A stretch of DNA of 64,000 bases from Octopus sinensis (GCF_006345805.1 NC_043005.1:64914001-64978000), one strand, 5' to 3'. Shown: positions 25,791-39,313, numbered from the stretch's first letter. A program made the numbers and translations. Notes: generated from the letters alone by a model not told the origin.

Positions 25791-28207
25791 TGCGTAATGT
25801 TAATAAATTCAAGAATCTCCAAATGTGAAAAAAAGGATAGAATATTATTAGTAGTAACCAAGACAAAACTGTCGGTTCTTTTTTAAGTTGCGTAATGATA
25901 ATAATCCCAAGCTCTATTTTACAACCTTAAAACCTAACCCTAAGCCTTAACCTTAGCTAACCCTAAATCTTAATCCAAGCCCTAAACGTTTTACCATGAA
26001 CTACGTAGATAGAATTTTTCCTTGAAGGAAATGAATTTTTTTATGTTCAAAGCATGTAATTCAGAATAAATATTAGGAAAAACATTAAATCTGGAAAAGC
26101 TATGGCGAGTTGAATATTTCGAAATGGAGAATGTAAGTCATAAAAAAATTTTTCTTAAACAATAGAAAATATAAACGTTGTACAGGTGAGATTCGTATTC
26201 AATATATACATAATACACTAAGTGTATTTGTGTGTGTGTGTGTGTGTGTGTCTGTGTGTGTGTGTGTCTGGTGGAGGTAACACTTAATCATTTTAAGTAG
26301 GAGGAAAAGATACAAAAGTGAACGAAGGTGGAAAGAGAGAAAATGGCACATTCCCAAGACGACTAACACATGCCTAATAACGCAAAAATTATATATGACG
26401 GCTGCCGACTCTTGACCGACGAAGACCATTACTGACTATTCCTCATACAAAATATCAGCAATGCTCGTACATGAGGTTATTGCACCTGCGGTCGGCTTCA
26501 CTCAGGTTCAGGCCCGCGGCACCGATGCCCGCTGCGGCGCGCTCCTACTCAACCGGGCATTGTAAAATTGCCTTGCCAGCGATTGCACAATCCAAAATTT
26601 TAGGCCCAATAAAATTTGAGATGTTATTCCATTGCACATTTGGTGTTTTCGTTATTTACACCGCAAATAATAATCTGTTTTCAATCATACACGTACGCCA
26701 ATACACCAACACATAGATACAAACCTATACACATACACACGCAAACACATTCATTCATATTCAGACACATACACACATACTTACACATGTATATGTACAT
26801 AAGCACACACAAATCGAAGGCTGAAACATCAACAATTAAAGACATTATAGATGTACAACATTTGTGAAGTTAGGTAGAAGCATTTACAGAAAATAACGAT
26901 GTAAAATGACAAGTCAGTCATTGACTACAACATATTGTACATAATAAAAGTAATCAAATCTTTATAACATTTGGGGAGAGATAAATATAATTTTTAAAAA
27001 CTTTTCCTTTTATTTTCGCATCCTTATAATCTCTTTAGCAGCTTACGCCATGTACAACATTCTTCAACAGTAGTTTTGTCGTTATTTTGACGGCTTGGAG
27101 ACTCTATAATTTATAACATATATAAGATGTAAATATGGGAGTAAAACCTGGTTTGTCTGGTTAAGAATGTCGTTTCGTACGTAAATCACATGGTTGAAAT
27201 TAATTTTACTCAATGTCTTCATTAAAAACACATTTAGCGACTCTTCTTTCCTGAGCCTCGTGAAAGTTAAAACACTTCGTCAAAAGTAAGTGAATTGCTA
27301 ACCAAATGTGCAATGTTTTCCTACAAAATTGAATCTTAAGAAAGAGAACAGTAAGAGTGTCGGTTAAAACATTTAGTGTGACGTTGTAATTTTTAAGGTT
27401 GAAGCCACCAGATGTTTTAATTACAATCCCAATTAACGTAAGCAAAACTACTCAGGTACACCGAATGTCAACAGAAGAGAGCAGTGTTAACAGCGAATAC
27501 CCGGGAAACAACCATTTATTAATATTTTTTTTTATTTTTACAAAATATTGTCCTTTAAAGAGCTGCATCGCATAGAAAAATAGATATCGAAATGTAGCGC
27601 AAAAGGGTAATTGAAGAACTGCCCTCTAGATAATCGTGCTTTGGACAGATGGTCTTTGGTTAGTCCCCACCCCCCAAAAAAAGAAAATTAAAAAAAAGAA
27701 TACAACTGTGGGTTAATATTAGCATTAATTCTGATATTTTTTGCTTTATCCAATAATGATTCTTCGGTAAAGAGATTTATATCTTTATGTCACTGTAATT
27801 ATACCACAAAATGGCATGTATTAGGTTATACGCAACTAAAATAATTAAGATTTGAATAATTGATAATTACAATAATTAGTACTTGCATAATTAATAAATA
27901 CGATAATTAATAATTCCACAATTTATAACTGCCAGGAAACAACTATACCGAGACAGTTGTCCTGATAATCTCACAAACAGGTTATCGCAAGAAATTTTTG
28001 TTGTGAACGTATCATTCAAGGAAAACTATTTTTCGTGCAAGCCTTTGTTATTGTGTGTACGATATGAGTGTTTTGGGTGTATGATGGCATGCACCTTTAT
28101 TATAACATAGAAAGCTAATTATTGACTTGTTGGGAGTATGTAACTTTAAGATAAAGCAATTATTAAAATCTTCACTGTCTAGAAAATTCTTAAAAATTCC
28201 AATGCAG

Positions 28208-28602
28208 TTTATCTTTTATCTATTACTTGTGTCAATCAGTGAACTGTGGCTGTGCTGGAACACCGCATTGAAGAACTTTTCTTAGCCGAGTGAATCGACT
28301 CTAGCACTTTTTTTAAAGCCTGGTGTTTATTCTATCTTCTCCTTTGCCGAACCGCTAAGTGACGGGGACGTAAACACACCAACACCGGTTGTCAAGCGGT
28401 GATGAGGAACAAACACAGACACATAGGAAAACATACACACGCACGCACACACACACACACAACGGGTTTCTTTCACTTTCCGTCTACCATATCCACGCAC
28501 AAGATTTTAGTCCACCTGAGGCTATGGTAGAAGACACTTGCCCAAGCTGCCACACAGTGCGACTGAACTTGGAAACATGCGGTTGGGAAGCAAATTTCTT
28601 TC
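28208..28602 (-). mobile_element. SINE family B
   Basis: TTTGCCGAACCGCTAAGT.ACGGGGACGTAAACACACCAACACCGGTTGTCAAGCG..GTAGAAGACACTTGCCCAAG..GGTTGGGAAGCAA. Confidence 0.85.
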
Positions 28603-30274
28603 ATAATTGATGATTTCAACTTAACGATTCAATCACAAAACTGATTTAATTCACTGAGAGATACTTTTAAACGTTTCTGTTTATACTTGGGGCATGATTA
28701 CAGAAGTGCCCCCGACTTCTTTTTCGTCATAACTATATTTCCTTATAAGAAAAGGCTGAAAGCAATAGTATAGCGTGAGGTGGGGCATAGTGGGAGAAGT
28801 TTAATATTACCATCATGCGTGGTGGTAAACATGTGTGCACACGTGTGTATGTGTGTGCATGTGTATGTGTTTGTGTGATGTGTGAATGTGTGTGTGCATG
28901 AGTATGTGTTTGTGTGATGTGTGAATGTGTGTGTGCGCGTGTATCACAAGTGTGAGAAATCTAATTTCTCAGATTTTAGGGAAAAACATTGACGGAGGTG
29001 CTCCGTCTATTGTGCTGATGACCAGTATATTCGAACAAATCTACTTTGATGAGGAAAAAAGAACATACATACTTTGTTGTATTGTGTGAAAAATAGAAAG
29101 GAAACTCCTTGCCTATTCTTATAGGACTAACTAGTTACGAATAATCTTGTGAAAATGGTAAAATGTACAGAGTATCCATGATTAGGCGTGTCAAACATTA
29201 AATAACAATTTTTTAAAATATGAATTTTAATTCAATAAAACAGATATAATCTTCACCATCATCTCCAAGCACTGCACAACAACTATCACCATCTCGGATA
29301 TCATGAATTATTCATCGTCATATGTAATTACAAAAACGATATAAGATTCAGATATTGCTGTGCAGTTCAAAATTTTTATTCGAATGTCAGCTAATGTTTC
29401 AATGACAAGATACAATTAAGATATAACTAAACCAGTAAGAATTCGCTTTAGCTAATTTTATAAATCTATGAGTTTCTATTTTATGCTAAAAACACGAGAA
29501 TGTCTTTAATTATATCGATTCTCATAGTTAAGCTTCTATTATTATCATCCGGTATAGCAAACTTAATATCACTTATTTAATTCTTTTTATTTCAAATTTT
29601 ACTTGGCAGCAATAGGTTATTTTTAGGAATAACGAAAAGTGTATTATAAAAATATAATATCGATAGTCAGGGCGATACGAGTGGTAGCATGCACACAACC
29701 ACTGTAACAATAATCAAATACCATTACCATTCTCTCTCTCTCACCTTGTGATGTTGGTGCAAATCGCCAGGGTTATTTTTGTCTTTGGTTTTATTTTAAA
29801 TTTTCAAGACACTCCAGGCTTTACTAATTAATTGTGTTGTTATTTTATTATTGTAGACGTTTCTTTCTTTACTTATTCTGTGTAGTTGGGATGTGCACTT
29901 TCTTACCCTCTAACTGTCACAAACATCGCTTGTAATCTGAATCTTCTACACTTTCGTAACTTCCATTGCGGCTGTTTTCTTTCTGCCTGACTTTAGTCGT
30001 CGAGCTGGACATGTGACATAGCTCCGTCATGCTGGTATCCTTGATAATAGTTTTCCATCCTAGTACGATGTTCATATATTTCTTTAAAATATATTTTTAG
30101 TTTAATAATTTCCGTTCTGTGTTTTTGTCGTTTCGTCTTACGTACGAATTCTGTGTTTCCAAGCAGCGTTGAATTCCTTGTTAAACGATTGTAGCAACAT
30201 TGGATGGAATGTTGTTGCAATTAGTATCGAAAACATGAAGATATCCGATCAGGCAGCAGAGGATGGGATATTCC

Positions 30275-31530
30275 CTAATTCGGGCAAAATTTGATGATTT
30301 TTTTATGAGTTCTTTTTGTTTTTTCATGAACAGCTTCATCTATTGGTAACCCGTCAACGGCGTTGAAAAGCATAAAGATTAAGACTGTAGTTGGGAAAAA
30401 GTTGGCTAATGTGGAATACTGAAAGCCATCTGAATATTGGAAAAGGGTTGCCTGTATCACGATGATTCATGACTGGTGCACCAAGTTCTGTGAACATTGT
30501 TAAGGACAGCTTCAACGGAGACTACGAAACCAAGACTAGCAGAAAGGGGTACAACAGGCGTTTCTATTGCGACAGTATGCCTATACCTGAGTTCATACAA
30601 CAACTACAGGACAAGGTGATGGAAGATCCGAGTAAGGGAATCTGGTCTTTGGCGAGAGCAAAGGATGTTGGAGTCGCTACCATGAAGTTTTTCCGGAATA
30701 AGGACCTTCCCTACCACTCATACAAGAGGAAAAAGGACACATTCTGACAGCCAAGGCCAAGGGGAACCGCTGGACGAAGGCAAAGAGGTTCCTGAAATAT
30801 GTGAGGCATCCTGTTGTGCCGGAGAAGGTCTAGTTCTTCTCAACTGAAAAGAACTTCAGCTGGAACCAGTTGCACAAGACCCAAAGCAGCAAGTGGCTTA
30901 GCTACAATCCATATCATGTCCTACGCATCATGAAAACCAAATCCCCCACATATTGTGCTGATCTTTGGATGTGTCTCCAGTGATGATGACGTCATGCTGC
31001 ATCATACCTTTGAACAGGGACTTAGGCTCAATTCAGACAACTGTATGAAGCTGTTAGAGACCGCAATCAAACTTTAGCTGGAGAGGGTTGCTACTGGGAG
31101 ATCATACATGTAGCAGCAAGATTCAACTTCTTGCCATTCCTCGGGAAAAAGTCATTAGTGGTTGCTGGTGAATTTCTACGGCTTCAGCAGCCCCAATTTC
31201 TGACCTGCAAATTCCTCCGACTGTTATCTTCTGGATTATTATGTGTGGGGTGCAGCTGAAAAAGACACAGACCGCGCTGTGATTGGCTGGTGGCCAAGAT
31301 CAAATAAGTGTGCAGAGATCTCCTCAGGGACACAGTGAGGAACTCATGCGACAGGTTCCAGAGCCGTTTTGAGGCCATGCTGGAAGCTGATGGCAGCTAC
31401 TCTGAGTAAGGTCTTACCTCCTAACCGTAAACTTGTTGATATTTTTTGATCTTTTAGAAATAATTTTATCTTTGGATGGAATATTATTTTCTTTTCCTTT
31501 TATGCTGTCAAATTTACACCGAACAACTTG
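30275..31530 (+). mobile_element. maT (DD37D) Tc1/mariner transposon, decayed
   Basis: Translation includes FFSTEKNF, MKTKSP, FGCVSSD and QQDSTSCHSSGKSH*WLLVNFYGFSSPNF*PANSSDCYLLDYYVWG, with 37 residues between the two Asp. TIR remnants TTCGGGCAAAATTTGA and TCAAATTTACACCGAA. Confidence 0.75.
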
Positions 31531-31845
31531 CATATTGTACAGTAAAAACACATAAGCATACCACCTCAACATTAATATCTCACATATATTCAACTAAAAA
31601 TGAAATCGACAAGTAAATTGATGATATTATCAAAAATATACACTAAAGAATTGCAATATTAAGTCACTGAAATAATCTCGAGGTATTTTAGAAGAAACAG
31701 TCAAAATAGACACCATCTTTGCTCAGCGGGGAGAAAGTCTTTGCACTAAAATTTCAGCAGTAAAAAAGAAGCGAAATTTGAAAGTTGGAAATAAAAAAAG
31801 CGAAATTTGAAAGTTGGAAATAAAAATTGGTAAGATAGGTACATG

Positions 31846-31880
<35 letters not shown>

Positions 31881-31916
31881 GTGCGCGCGCGTATGTGTGT
31901 GTTTTATCTCATGATG

Positions 31917-31951
<35 letters not shown>

Positions 31952-32463
31952 TTGCGTATGTGTGTGTGTTTGTATGTGTGTGTGATTGTATGTATATATG
32001 CGTTCTTATGAGTATGCGACATAATACAAAAATATTGATTGAGAATGAAGTCTGAACTATCGAGAGGACGTCAGATGTAGCATTCAGTTAACGTTTGTTC
32101 TCTTAACACAAGACAATAACTTGCGCAATCTATCGTTGTTTGGTCGAAGAAAACGGCTTCAAGGTTCGATTCGAACACATTGCACCAAAAGTGAACTTAA
32201 TATATATGATTGGTGAAGAACGACCAATGAGATTCCAAGAGAATAGAAAAAAAATGTATGATCATCGTTTTGAGAACGAGACACTTGTAATAACAAAACT
32301 TTTAGACTAACTAATGACGTCATAATTAGTATGGCATAAAACTAACAGCAACAGTTTGAATAGCATCAAGACCGTACACACACACGCACGCACGCATACA
32401 CACACACACACACACACACACATACACACACACTGTGTACATACATGTGTGCATGTAACCATA

Positions 32464-32906
32464 TCTTTATTATACTAAACGACAAGGGAGTGTTTGGTTG
32501 CACCTTGATTATCGCTGAAAAAATTCTACTCTACGTTACAATTGGTTTCACCATTTTTTTTTTAGTTACATATTCTGTTGCATTATAGAATTTCGTGTAT
32601 TTACACCAATCCTATTGTCTTTAGAATATTCGAACAGAAATTTCTTCCTACAAATTTATGAGCAAAACTGTCATGATGGCTTTTTAATCACACACGCATT
32701 TTCTCTCTCACACACACACACACACTCACGCACACATATGCACACATGTCCTCTCTATCACTGTCTCTCTCTCTTTCTCTCTTTCTCACACACACACACA
32801 CACTCACACATATACAGTACACACATACACAAGCTCTCTCACATGCACGTATACAGCCTACACACATACACTCTGACTCTCTCACACACATATACAACAC
32901 TCACAC

Positions 32907-32955
<49 letters not shown>

Positions 32956-33590
32956 CACACACGCAGCATAAACATGCATTTTCTCTCACATACACACATA
33001 CAGCATACACATGCACTTTCTCTCACATACACGCATACAACACATACGCACACAACACGTACACTTTCTTTGTTTTACACACACATGCAGAACAAACGTA
33101 CATACAAATACATCGTTTCGCGAAATTGATTCTTTTAGCATGTCATTTATTTGTTTTGACTTTCCTAACACGTTGTTACGTACATAAATACACACCAATG
33201 GATTATAGCACGGGGGAAAGAGAAAGAAAGGAATCATCAGGGTCAAGAGTTGATGTCAGACGGTGTCGGGAAGTGACAAGGATAACGAGTTAACAACAGG
33301 AAATAGCTGAGATGACAGCAGCACGACTCCAGGATATGAGAAAAAGGAAATAAAGATGGAGAGAAGGAGAAACTGAAGATGGTAGGAATGCACGCCTCCA
33401 GGATGTGAAAAAAAAAAGAAGAAATAACAGGAACGTAGATCCTCCAAAGCTTTGCAATGGAACACAGGTGATCGTGCAACAGATGCATGAAAATCTGATC
33501 ATAGCAAATATTAATGTTATAGTGCATTAAAAAGAGATATTTTCACGATTCCTAGAATTAAGAACAATCCATCAGAAGGTGAAGGCGTAC
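32464..33590 (+). mobile_element. Internally deleted Helitron (5' TC end, microsatellite core, RepHel remnants)
   Basis: A|TCTTTATTATACTAAA start. One frame (33198-33530) has AARLQDMRKRK..ETEDGRNARLQDV, like RepHel N-terminal repeats, followed by RNVDPPKLCNGTQVIV, a Pif1 helicase motif. The 3' end is not clearly located. Confidence 0.65.
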
Positions 33591-34193
33591 CTGCTCAGGG
33601 GTCCCTCCTCCTCCTAGGTGTCTGGGGAAATACCAAAGTTTTTCATGTCACTTCAGTACAACTCTGTATCGCAACCCCTGGCTTCCACGGCCCCACTAGG
33701 ATCCTGACGCAGTTCAGCGTAGTAAACTGCTTTTAGGAGCCTGCTGCTCTCCTTCCTGCAAATATGTCCCGCCCGCGAAATTTTTTTCTCACGAGAGTTC
33801 CGGACCCCGATAATAAACTCATTTGCATACAGCTAGTCAGAGCTCAGCTTGAACTTGTTGTCGCCGTCAGCTCTCAGATTATGCCTAGATATGCAAACTC
33901 ACACCCTTCAAAGTGGAAGGCAGTAATCCGATCACTGGTCCATGATCGACTGCTTTGCTGTAGGTATGTATGTATGTATGTATGTATGTATGTATGTATG
34001 TCCATGATCGACTGCTTTGCTGTAGGTATGTATGTATGTATGTATGTATGTATGTATGTATGTATGTGTGTATGTATGTATGTATTGTACTTTAATGTAT
34101 TCTAGTATTCTACTAGAATACATAAGAGTACAATACGTACATACGTATATGCATATACATACATAAAACATACACACACACTCGCACACATAA

Positions 34194-34224
<31 letters not shown>

Positions 34225-34233
34225 CGTGTGTGT

Positions 34234-34567
34234 GAAGACACATGGCTCAGTGGTTAGAGCGTTGAGCTTACGATCGTGAGGTCGTGAGTTCGAATCCCAG
34301 ACCGGGCTGCGTGGTGTGTTCTTGAGCAAGACACTTTATTTCATGTTGCTCCAGTTCACTCAGCTGTAGAAATGAGTTGCGACGCCACAGGTGCCAAGCT
34401 GTATCGGCCTCTGCCTTTCCCTTGGATAACACTGGTGGTGTGGAGATGGGAGCCCGGTATGCATGGGCGACTGCTGGCCTTCCATAAACAACCTTGCCTG
34501 GACTTATGCCTGGGAGGGTAACTTTCTAGATGCAATCCCACGGTCAGTCATGACCGAAGGGTGTCTC
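34234..34567 (+). mobile_element. tRNA-derived SINE family D, full length
   Basis: A box TGGCTCAGTGG and B box GTTCGAATCC, followed by the GTGTTCTTGAGCAAGACACT core and the family body. Confidence 0.9.
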
Positions 34568-34591
34568 AGCATATATATATATGTACGCATG

Positions 34592-34669
<78 letters not shown>

Positions 34670-36693
34670 ATATGTAGATTATATGATTGTATTTACGTAT
34701 TATTTTCTTTTCTATTGTAGCTTGATAGAATGCGGCGAACGAGAATTGACGAGAAGAGGACATGGCTACACCATTTGACTTTATAGAAGTTTTCAATTTA
34801 AGCTCTAGCTTTACATTATCTAAAACAATTATTTTATTGTGACATTTCAAAGATGCAATTTGGAAAGGTTTTGTTCCTTGACGTCATCATGTTTAAGTAG
34901 TTATGATGTGAACGACAAGGTGAGAAGTGAAGTATTTTCAACGTTATTTCAACAGTGCTGAATGATCTGTAATATGTCTAGATTTTACTGTTGTTGTAAT
35001 ACATATTTTTGTTAGTTACACGTGTGTAAATGACCTAGCTATGTATGAGTTTATGTGAGCTACCTTTAAAGAATCTTATAAACCTGTGTGTGGTAGAAAT
35101 TAGACAGGAGAAAATGATTCGACAGGATGTGCTTTGAGAGAATGCTTTGACTGTATTCCTCGAGTCAAAATTTGTTCCAACCTTAAGGCATCTCTACTGA
35201 GAGAGCAAGTTGTGACTATTTATAGTGAAGTTGTAGAAAGTTCTTAAAACTTTTGTATTTGGGTGTTGTTACTAAAGTATTTTTTTCTGATATCTATCGA
35301 CGTTTATCAACTCTTGCTAATTATAAATAACAGTAATATATTTCGGAAGGAGATTTGTTTGTTATGTCATCAACTTAGCTATGTTCGGACCGAGATACTG
35401 AAGATCGAATCTAGTGAATAACCTGCTACATATATATATGTATGTATGTCCTGTTTTTAATTAGTTTCTAGTTTCTATCAACGATACAAAGTTCCATCGC
35501 TGATAAGACAAAGTAATGTTACTTTTAGAACGTGAGAAAAGTCTTGCATAATATTTCTGGTTCGCTTAGAGATTGTATTTGTAATGTGCGAATTAGTCGA
35601 GTTTCATTTTTTTCTGGAAACCCTAGCTTATCCAGATTTGTCACTCAAACATTTACTCACAAAACCAAATACAACATTCATTATTGGCATAAATGTGAAT
35701 TTATAATCTGTGTATAGAAGTTGGAGGTTTCAAAACAATTATCCATAGTTATCTTCTTTTTGATTCTCAAAGAGCTATTCACATCAGCAGGACAGCTTTT
35801 TCTCTATGACGGTACATACATTTTCTTGTCTTCCCCAAGCAACAATATCTGGGCTGTTTGTTCCACCAGTATTGCTTGTATCGATGTTTGTGTATGTATT
35901 CAATAACAGGGGGATTCAATAAACTTATCCCAGGACCTTCCTTTTTCGGAATAGCATTATATATTGTGTTTGCAACAACGAAGTGTCGCATAGGGAGGTG
36001 GTACCTTCATGAGTGAATGCTAATCACATGTGATGTCTTCCACAGAAATATGTACTTAACTGGTACTTATTTTATTGAGTCTGAAGGATGGGTAGTAAAG
36101 AAATTTAACGGAAACCTTCAAGGCATTTTGTTCGCCGCCCATCGTTCTTATTAAATATATTCTGGCAAAAGAGCAGGATCACCCTATTTGTGAATGGGTA
36201 CACTCGGTGATATTGAACCACCGTACTTTATAGTTACCAGAAAGGTGAAGAACAGAATTGATCTCCGTAGGGTATGAAGAGAGAACGCAGAAAACAATAA
36301 AATTTCACAAAATACTTTGTACGTTACTCTACTAATTCATCCAATCAATAGTATCTTTTGTTCACTTGCACTCAAAGCCACACATTTTAATTGGAGATAA
36401 AACTGATTAGATTAATCTTAGTAGAGACCAACGTAACCTCCTACAAATAACTGCTGGATCTCTCTTAATTTACAATCCTCCGTCGTAAACACTGAATGAT
36501 GAGAAATAGAAAGCTTGATTAAATATGTTGTGCCCGAAGAAATTTGAATTCAGTACGTTAACTCCAATGTTATACCTACTCTGTAAATCCACCATTGCTG
36601 CTCAGGTTACAATGTTGGCTAATACTTGTTGGACGCATATACCAAACCCCCTATCGTTTGTAATTAAACTCAGTATTGTTTTCTTTAATATCC

Positions 36694-37077
36694 TTTCTAC
36701 TATAGACACAAGGTCTGAAATTTTCGGGGAGAGGTCTAGTCGATTACATTTACCCCAGTGTTTCACTGGTACTTAATTTATCGACCCCGAAAGGATGAAA
36801 GGCGAAAATCGACCTCGGCGGAATTTGAACTCAGAACGTAGCGACGGGCGAAATACCTATTTCTTTACTACCCACAGAGGTGACAAACAAGGAGAGACAA
36901 ACGGATTAAGTCGATTATATCGATTCCAGTGCGTAACTGGTACTTATTTAATCGACCCCCGAAAGAATGAAAGGATGAATGTTGACCTCGGCGGAATTTG
37001 AACGCAGAACGTAGCGGCAAACGAAATACCACTAAGCACTTCGTCCAGCGTGCTAACGAGTCTGCCAGCTCGCCGCC
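36694..37077 (-). mobile_element. Tandem SINE family A dimer (full copy 36857-37077 joined to a headless copy 36694-36856)
   Basis: Two successive reverse-complement copies of GTTCTGAGTTCAAATTCCGCCGAGG..GGGGTCGATAAATTAAGTACCAGT with different tails. Confidence 0.85.
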
Positions 37078-37434
37078 TTATTGTTTGCTTTCATATCAAA
37101 CGCTATGAGTCTCAAACGTTTTGAAATGAAAGCGTCCATACTATTACCGACGCTGTTAAAAACTGTGTATGTGTAGTTTTTCTGATTTCTCACAAATGGA
37201 GAGAAATCTATTCAAGCATTCATATATACAAGCATGAATGCATTATACATAAGCAAACATATATATCAGAAAACATCTAAATATATGCGTGTGTACCCAC
37301 ATACACACACGTACATACATAAGGTAATTTTATGAAGGACTATCACTGTTTGTGAGTGTATAATACAAAACTGCGAATACTTAACATCACCCATGTCCCA
37401 ATTTGATGATAGTAATAAACTTTTAGCATATTTC

Positions 37435-37845
37435 GGATCTTTTCGGTTTGAACGGCAGTTTTTTCTAGCGGTGTCATATGAAATTGTCACCCATAATTAT
37501 GACCCTAGTATCGATCTATTGCATTTCACTCTGTTTTAATGTTAGGGTTAGGGGTGGGGGAAGGGTATCTTTTTTTCTTCACAAATGTAAATAAACCCAA
37601 TCTGTTTCTTAAACGAGGGACATATTCACACGGCACAGAATGATTTTTATCTCAATGGACGTCAGTGATTGGTTGAAATTGCAGAAATTGAAAAAAAAAC
37701 AAATATCTTACAAACTATAGAATTTTCTCAATAAAGCCAAGAGAAAAAGATGTTTTATAAACACATTCTACCAGCATACGAAGTTTAAAATTTTTTAGTT
37801 ACCTAGAAATTAGGTTAAAAACTGCCGTTCAAACCGAAAAGATCC
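37435..37845. mobile_element. MITE with perfect 29-bp TIRs; partial relatives at 19600-19734 and 52752-52938
   Basis: GGATCTTTTCGGTTTGAACGGCAGTTTTT / AAAAACTGCCGTTCAAACCGAAAAGATCC. The internal AAGCCAAGAGAAAAAGATGTTTTAT..TACGAAGTTT segment recurs in the other copies. Confidence 0.85.
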
Positions 37846-38157
37846 TAAATTTCTTCTAAAAGTTTGTTGTGCAGTTCTAGTTTATTAAAATTGTACAAAA
37901 TAACAATTTTTTTAACTCATCGAAGGTGAACAGAGAAGAGGTAAAGTTGACTCCAGCAGGCTTCCATTTTGAGACCTGTGACTCAGCAAAATATTAAATG
38001 TAGGCATGGGTGTATGGCTTAAGAAATTTGTTTTGTTGCCACCTGGTTCTTGGTTCGACTCCACTTCGCTGCACTATAGGTTTGTGTATTTTCCACCAAT
38101 AGTTTCATGTTGATAGATACTTTCTGAGTTGAAATTGTCGCATCTTGTCGAACGTGT

Positions 38158-38203
<46 letters not shown>

Positions 38204-38974
38204 TGGAGAGCTTTCTCTGATAGAAAACCGAAAAAAATGATGCTTTATGCATGACATTTCTTGAATTATTCTGCATCAAGGAACAGACATTCCCTGATAA
38301 CCTTCGCTGTCAAAGAATAATGAAGTGAGCCAGTGATTGGAATCCCCTAATAAGCACTGAGACAAAAAAAGAAATTCAATGACTTTTTACTATTACACCC
38401 ACCCCACTTTGAAGGTGAATTTTATGTTTTTCCTATGGCTTCTGCTGTGTGTTCGAACGAAACTAACCACCAAAACCTCATTCTTTCAGGTAACCCACAC
38501 AGTCAAAGTGTGGGTTATCTTAAACTGTTAAAGTTAGCTCGTAAAAGATCATCACTGTTGTAATAAATAAGTATTTCATAAGTTTATAATTTTTCTTGCT
38601 GACACTGACAATTTATAACCTACACCCACGTATATGTTTATCGCAAGGTGCCAAGTATTTTGTGCCATCAGTTAAAATATTTCAATTCGGAATTGAAAAA
38701 ATACCCTCTTTCTCTATTTCAGTTGCTAGAAGTATTCAGAAAATACATTTTTTTACTGGTTAGAATATAAACAAATGTTTTATCGAATTAATACTGTTTT
38801 TAAAGGATGCAAGGAAAGAGTTTGTTCAGCAATTATATCATTATATGGAGGAACATTTGTATCGGAAAGGGGAATGGCTTTATGTAGGGAGCGAAACTGG
38901 GTTATATGTATTTCACCAAGAGCTACATTTTTTCAGCTTAGTCAATGATTTGGTTGTCTCATTTTGTGAATGAG

Positions 38975-39075
38975 TATCGCAGGAAAGAATCGGAAAACGA
39001 ATTCTTCAAACTGAGCCAGTTGGCCGGAGACCTAAGGGCAGGCCAAGAATGAGATGGTTGCATAACATCCATTGT
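38975..39075 (+). pseudogene. Small RTE-type LINE C-terminal fragment
   Basis: RIGKRILQTEPVGRRPKGRPRMRWLHNI, typical of the GRR.RGRPR.RW motif. Confidence 0.55.
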
Positions 39076-39129
39076 CAAAATTAGTGCTTACGAATCCAGC
39101 CGGAAAATTCTAAGATCCAATGGAAGAGG

Positions 39130-39313
39130 GGCGAAGGTAAAGAATACGTACTCCCAGATGTTAGGGTCAGGGTTTAGCGTTAGGGTTAGGGTTTAGGTTT
39201 AGAGTTAGGGTTAATATTAGGGTTAGGGTTAGGGTTTAGGGTTAGTTTTAGGGTTAGGGTTATTGTTTTTGTTACGCCGAAAACTGGTGGTGCATGTATT
39301 CTTTACCTCTGCC
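39130..39313. mobile_element. 184-bp TIR-bounded element enclosing a (TTAGGG)n-like array
   Basis: GGCGAAGGTAAAGAATAC (39130-47) / GTATTCTTTACCTCTGCC (39296-313), 16 of 18 complementary. AGG lies on both flanks. About 90 bp of TTAGGG-like units inside. Confidence 0.6.

Noticed and set aside
34241-34305. tRNA-like sequences with A and B boxes (also 46060-46127, 14440-14503, 53335-53400)
   Set aside because: They are SINE heads continuing into family bodies, with no proper acceptor stem or terminator, so they are not tRNA genes.
39165-39265. True telomere or chromosome-fusion scar
   Set aside because: The array is short, degenerate and enclosed by TIRs, with no head-to-head arrangement.
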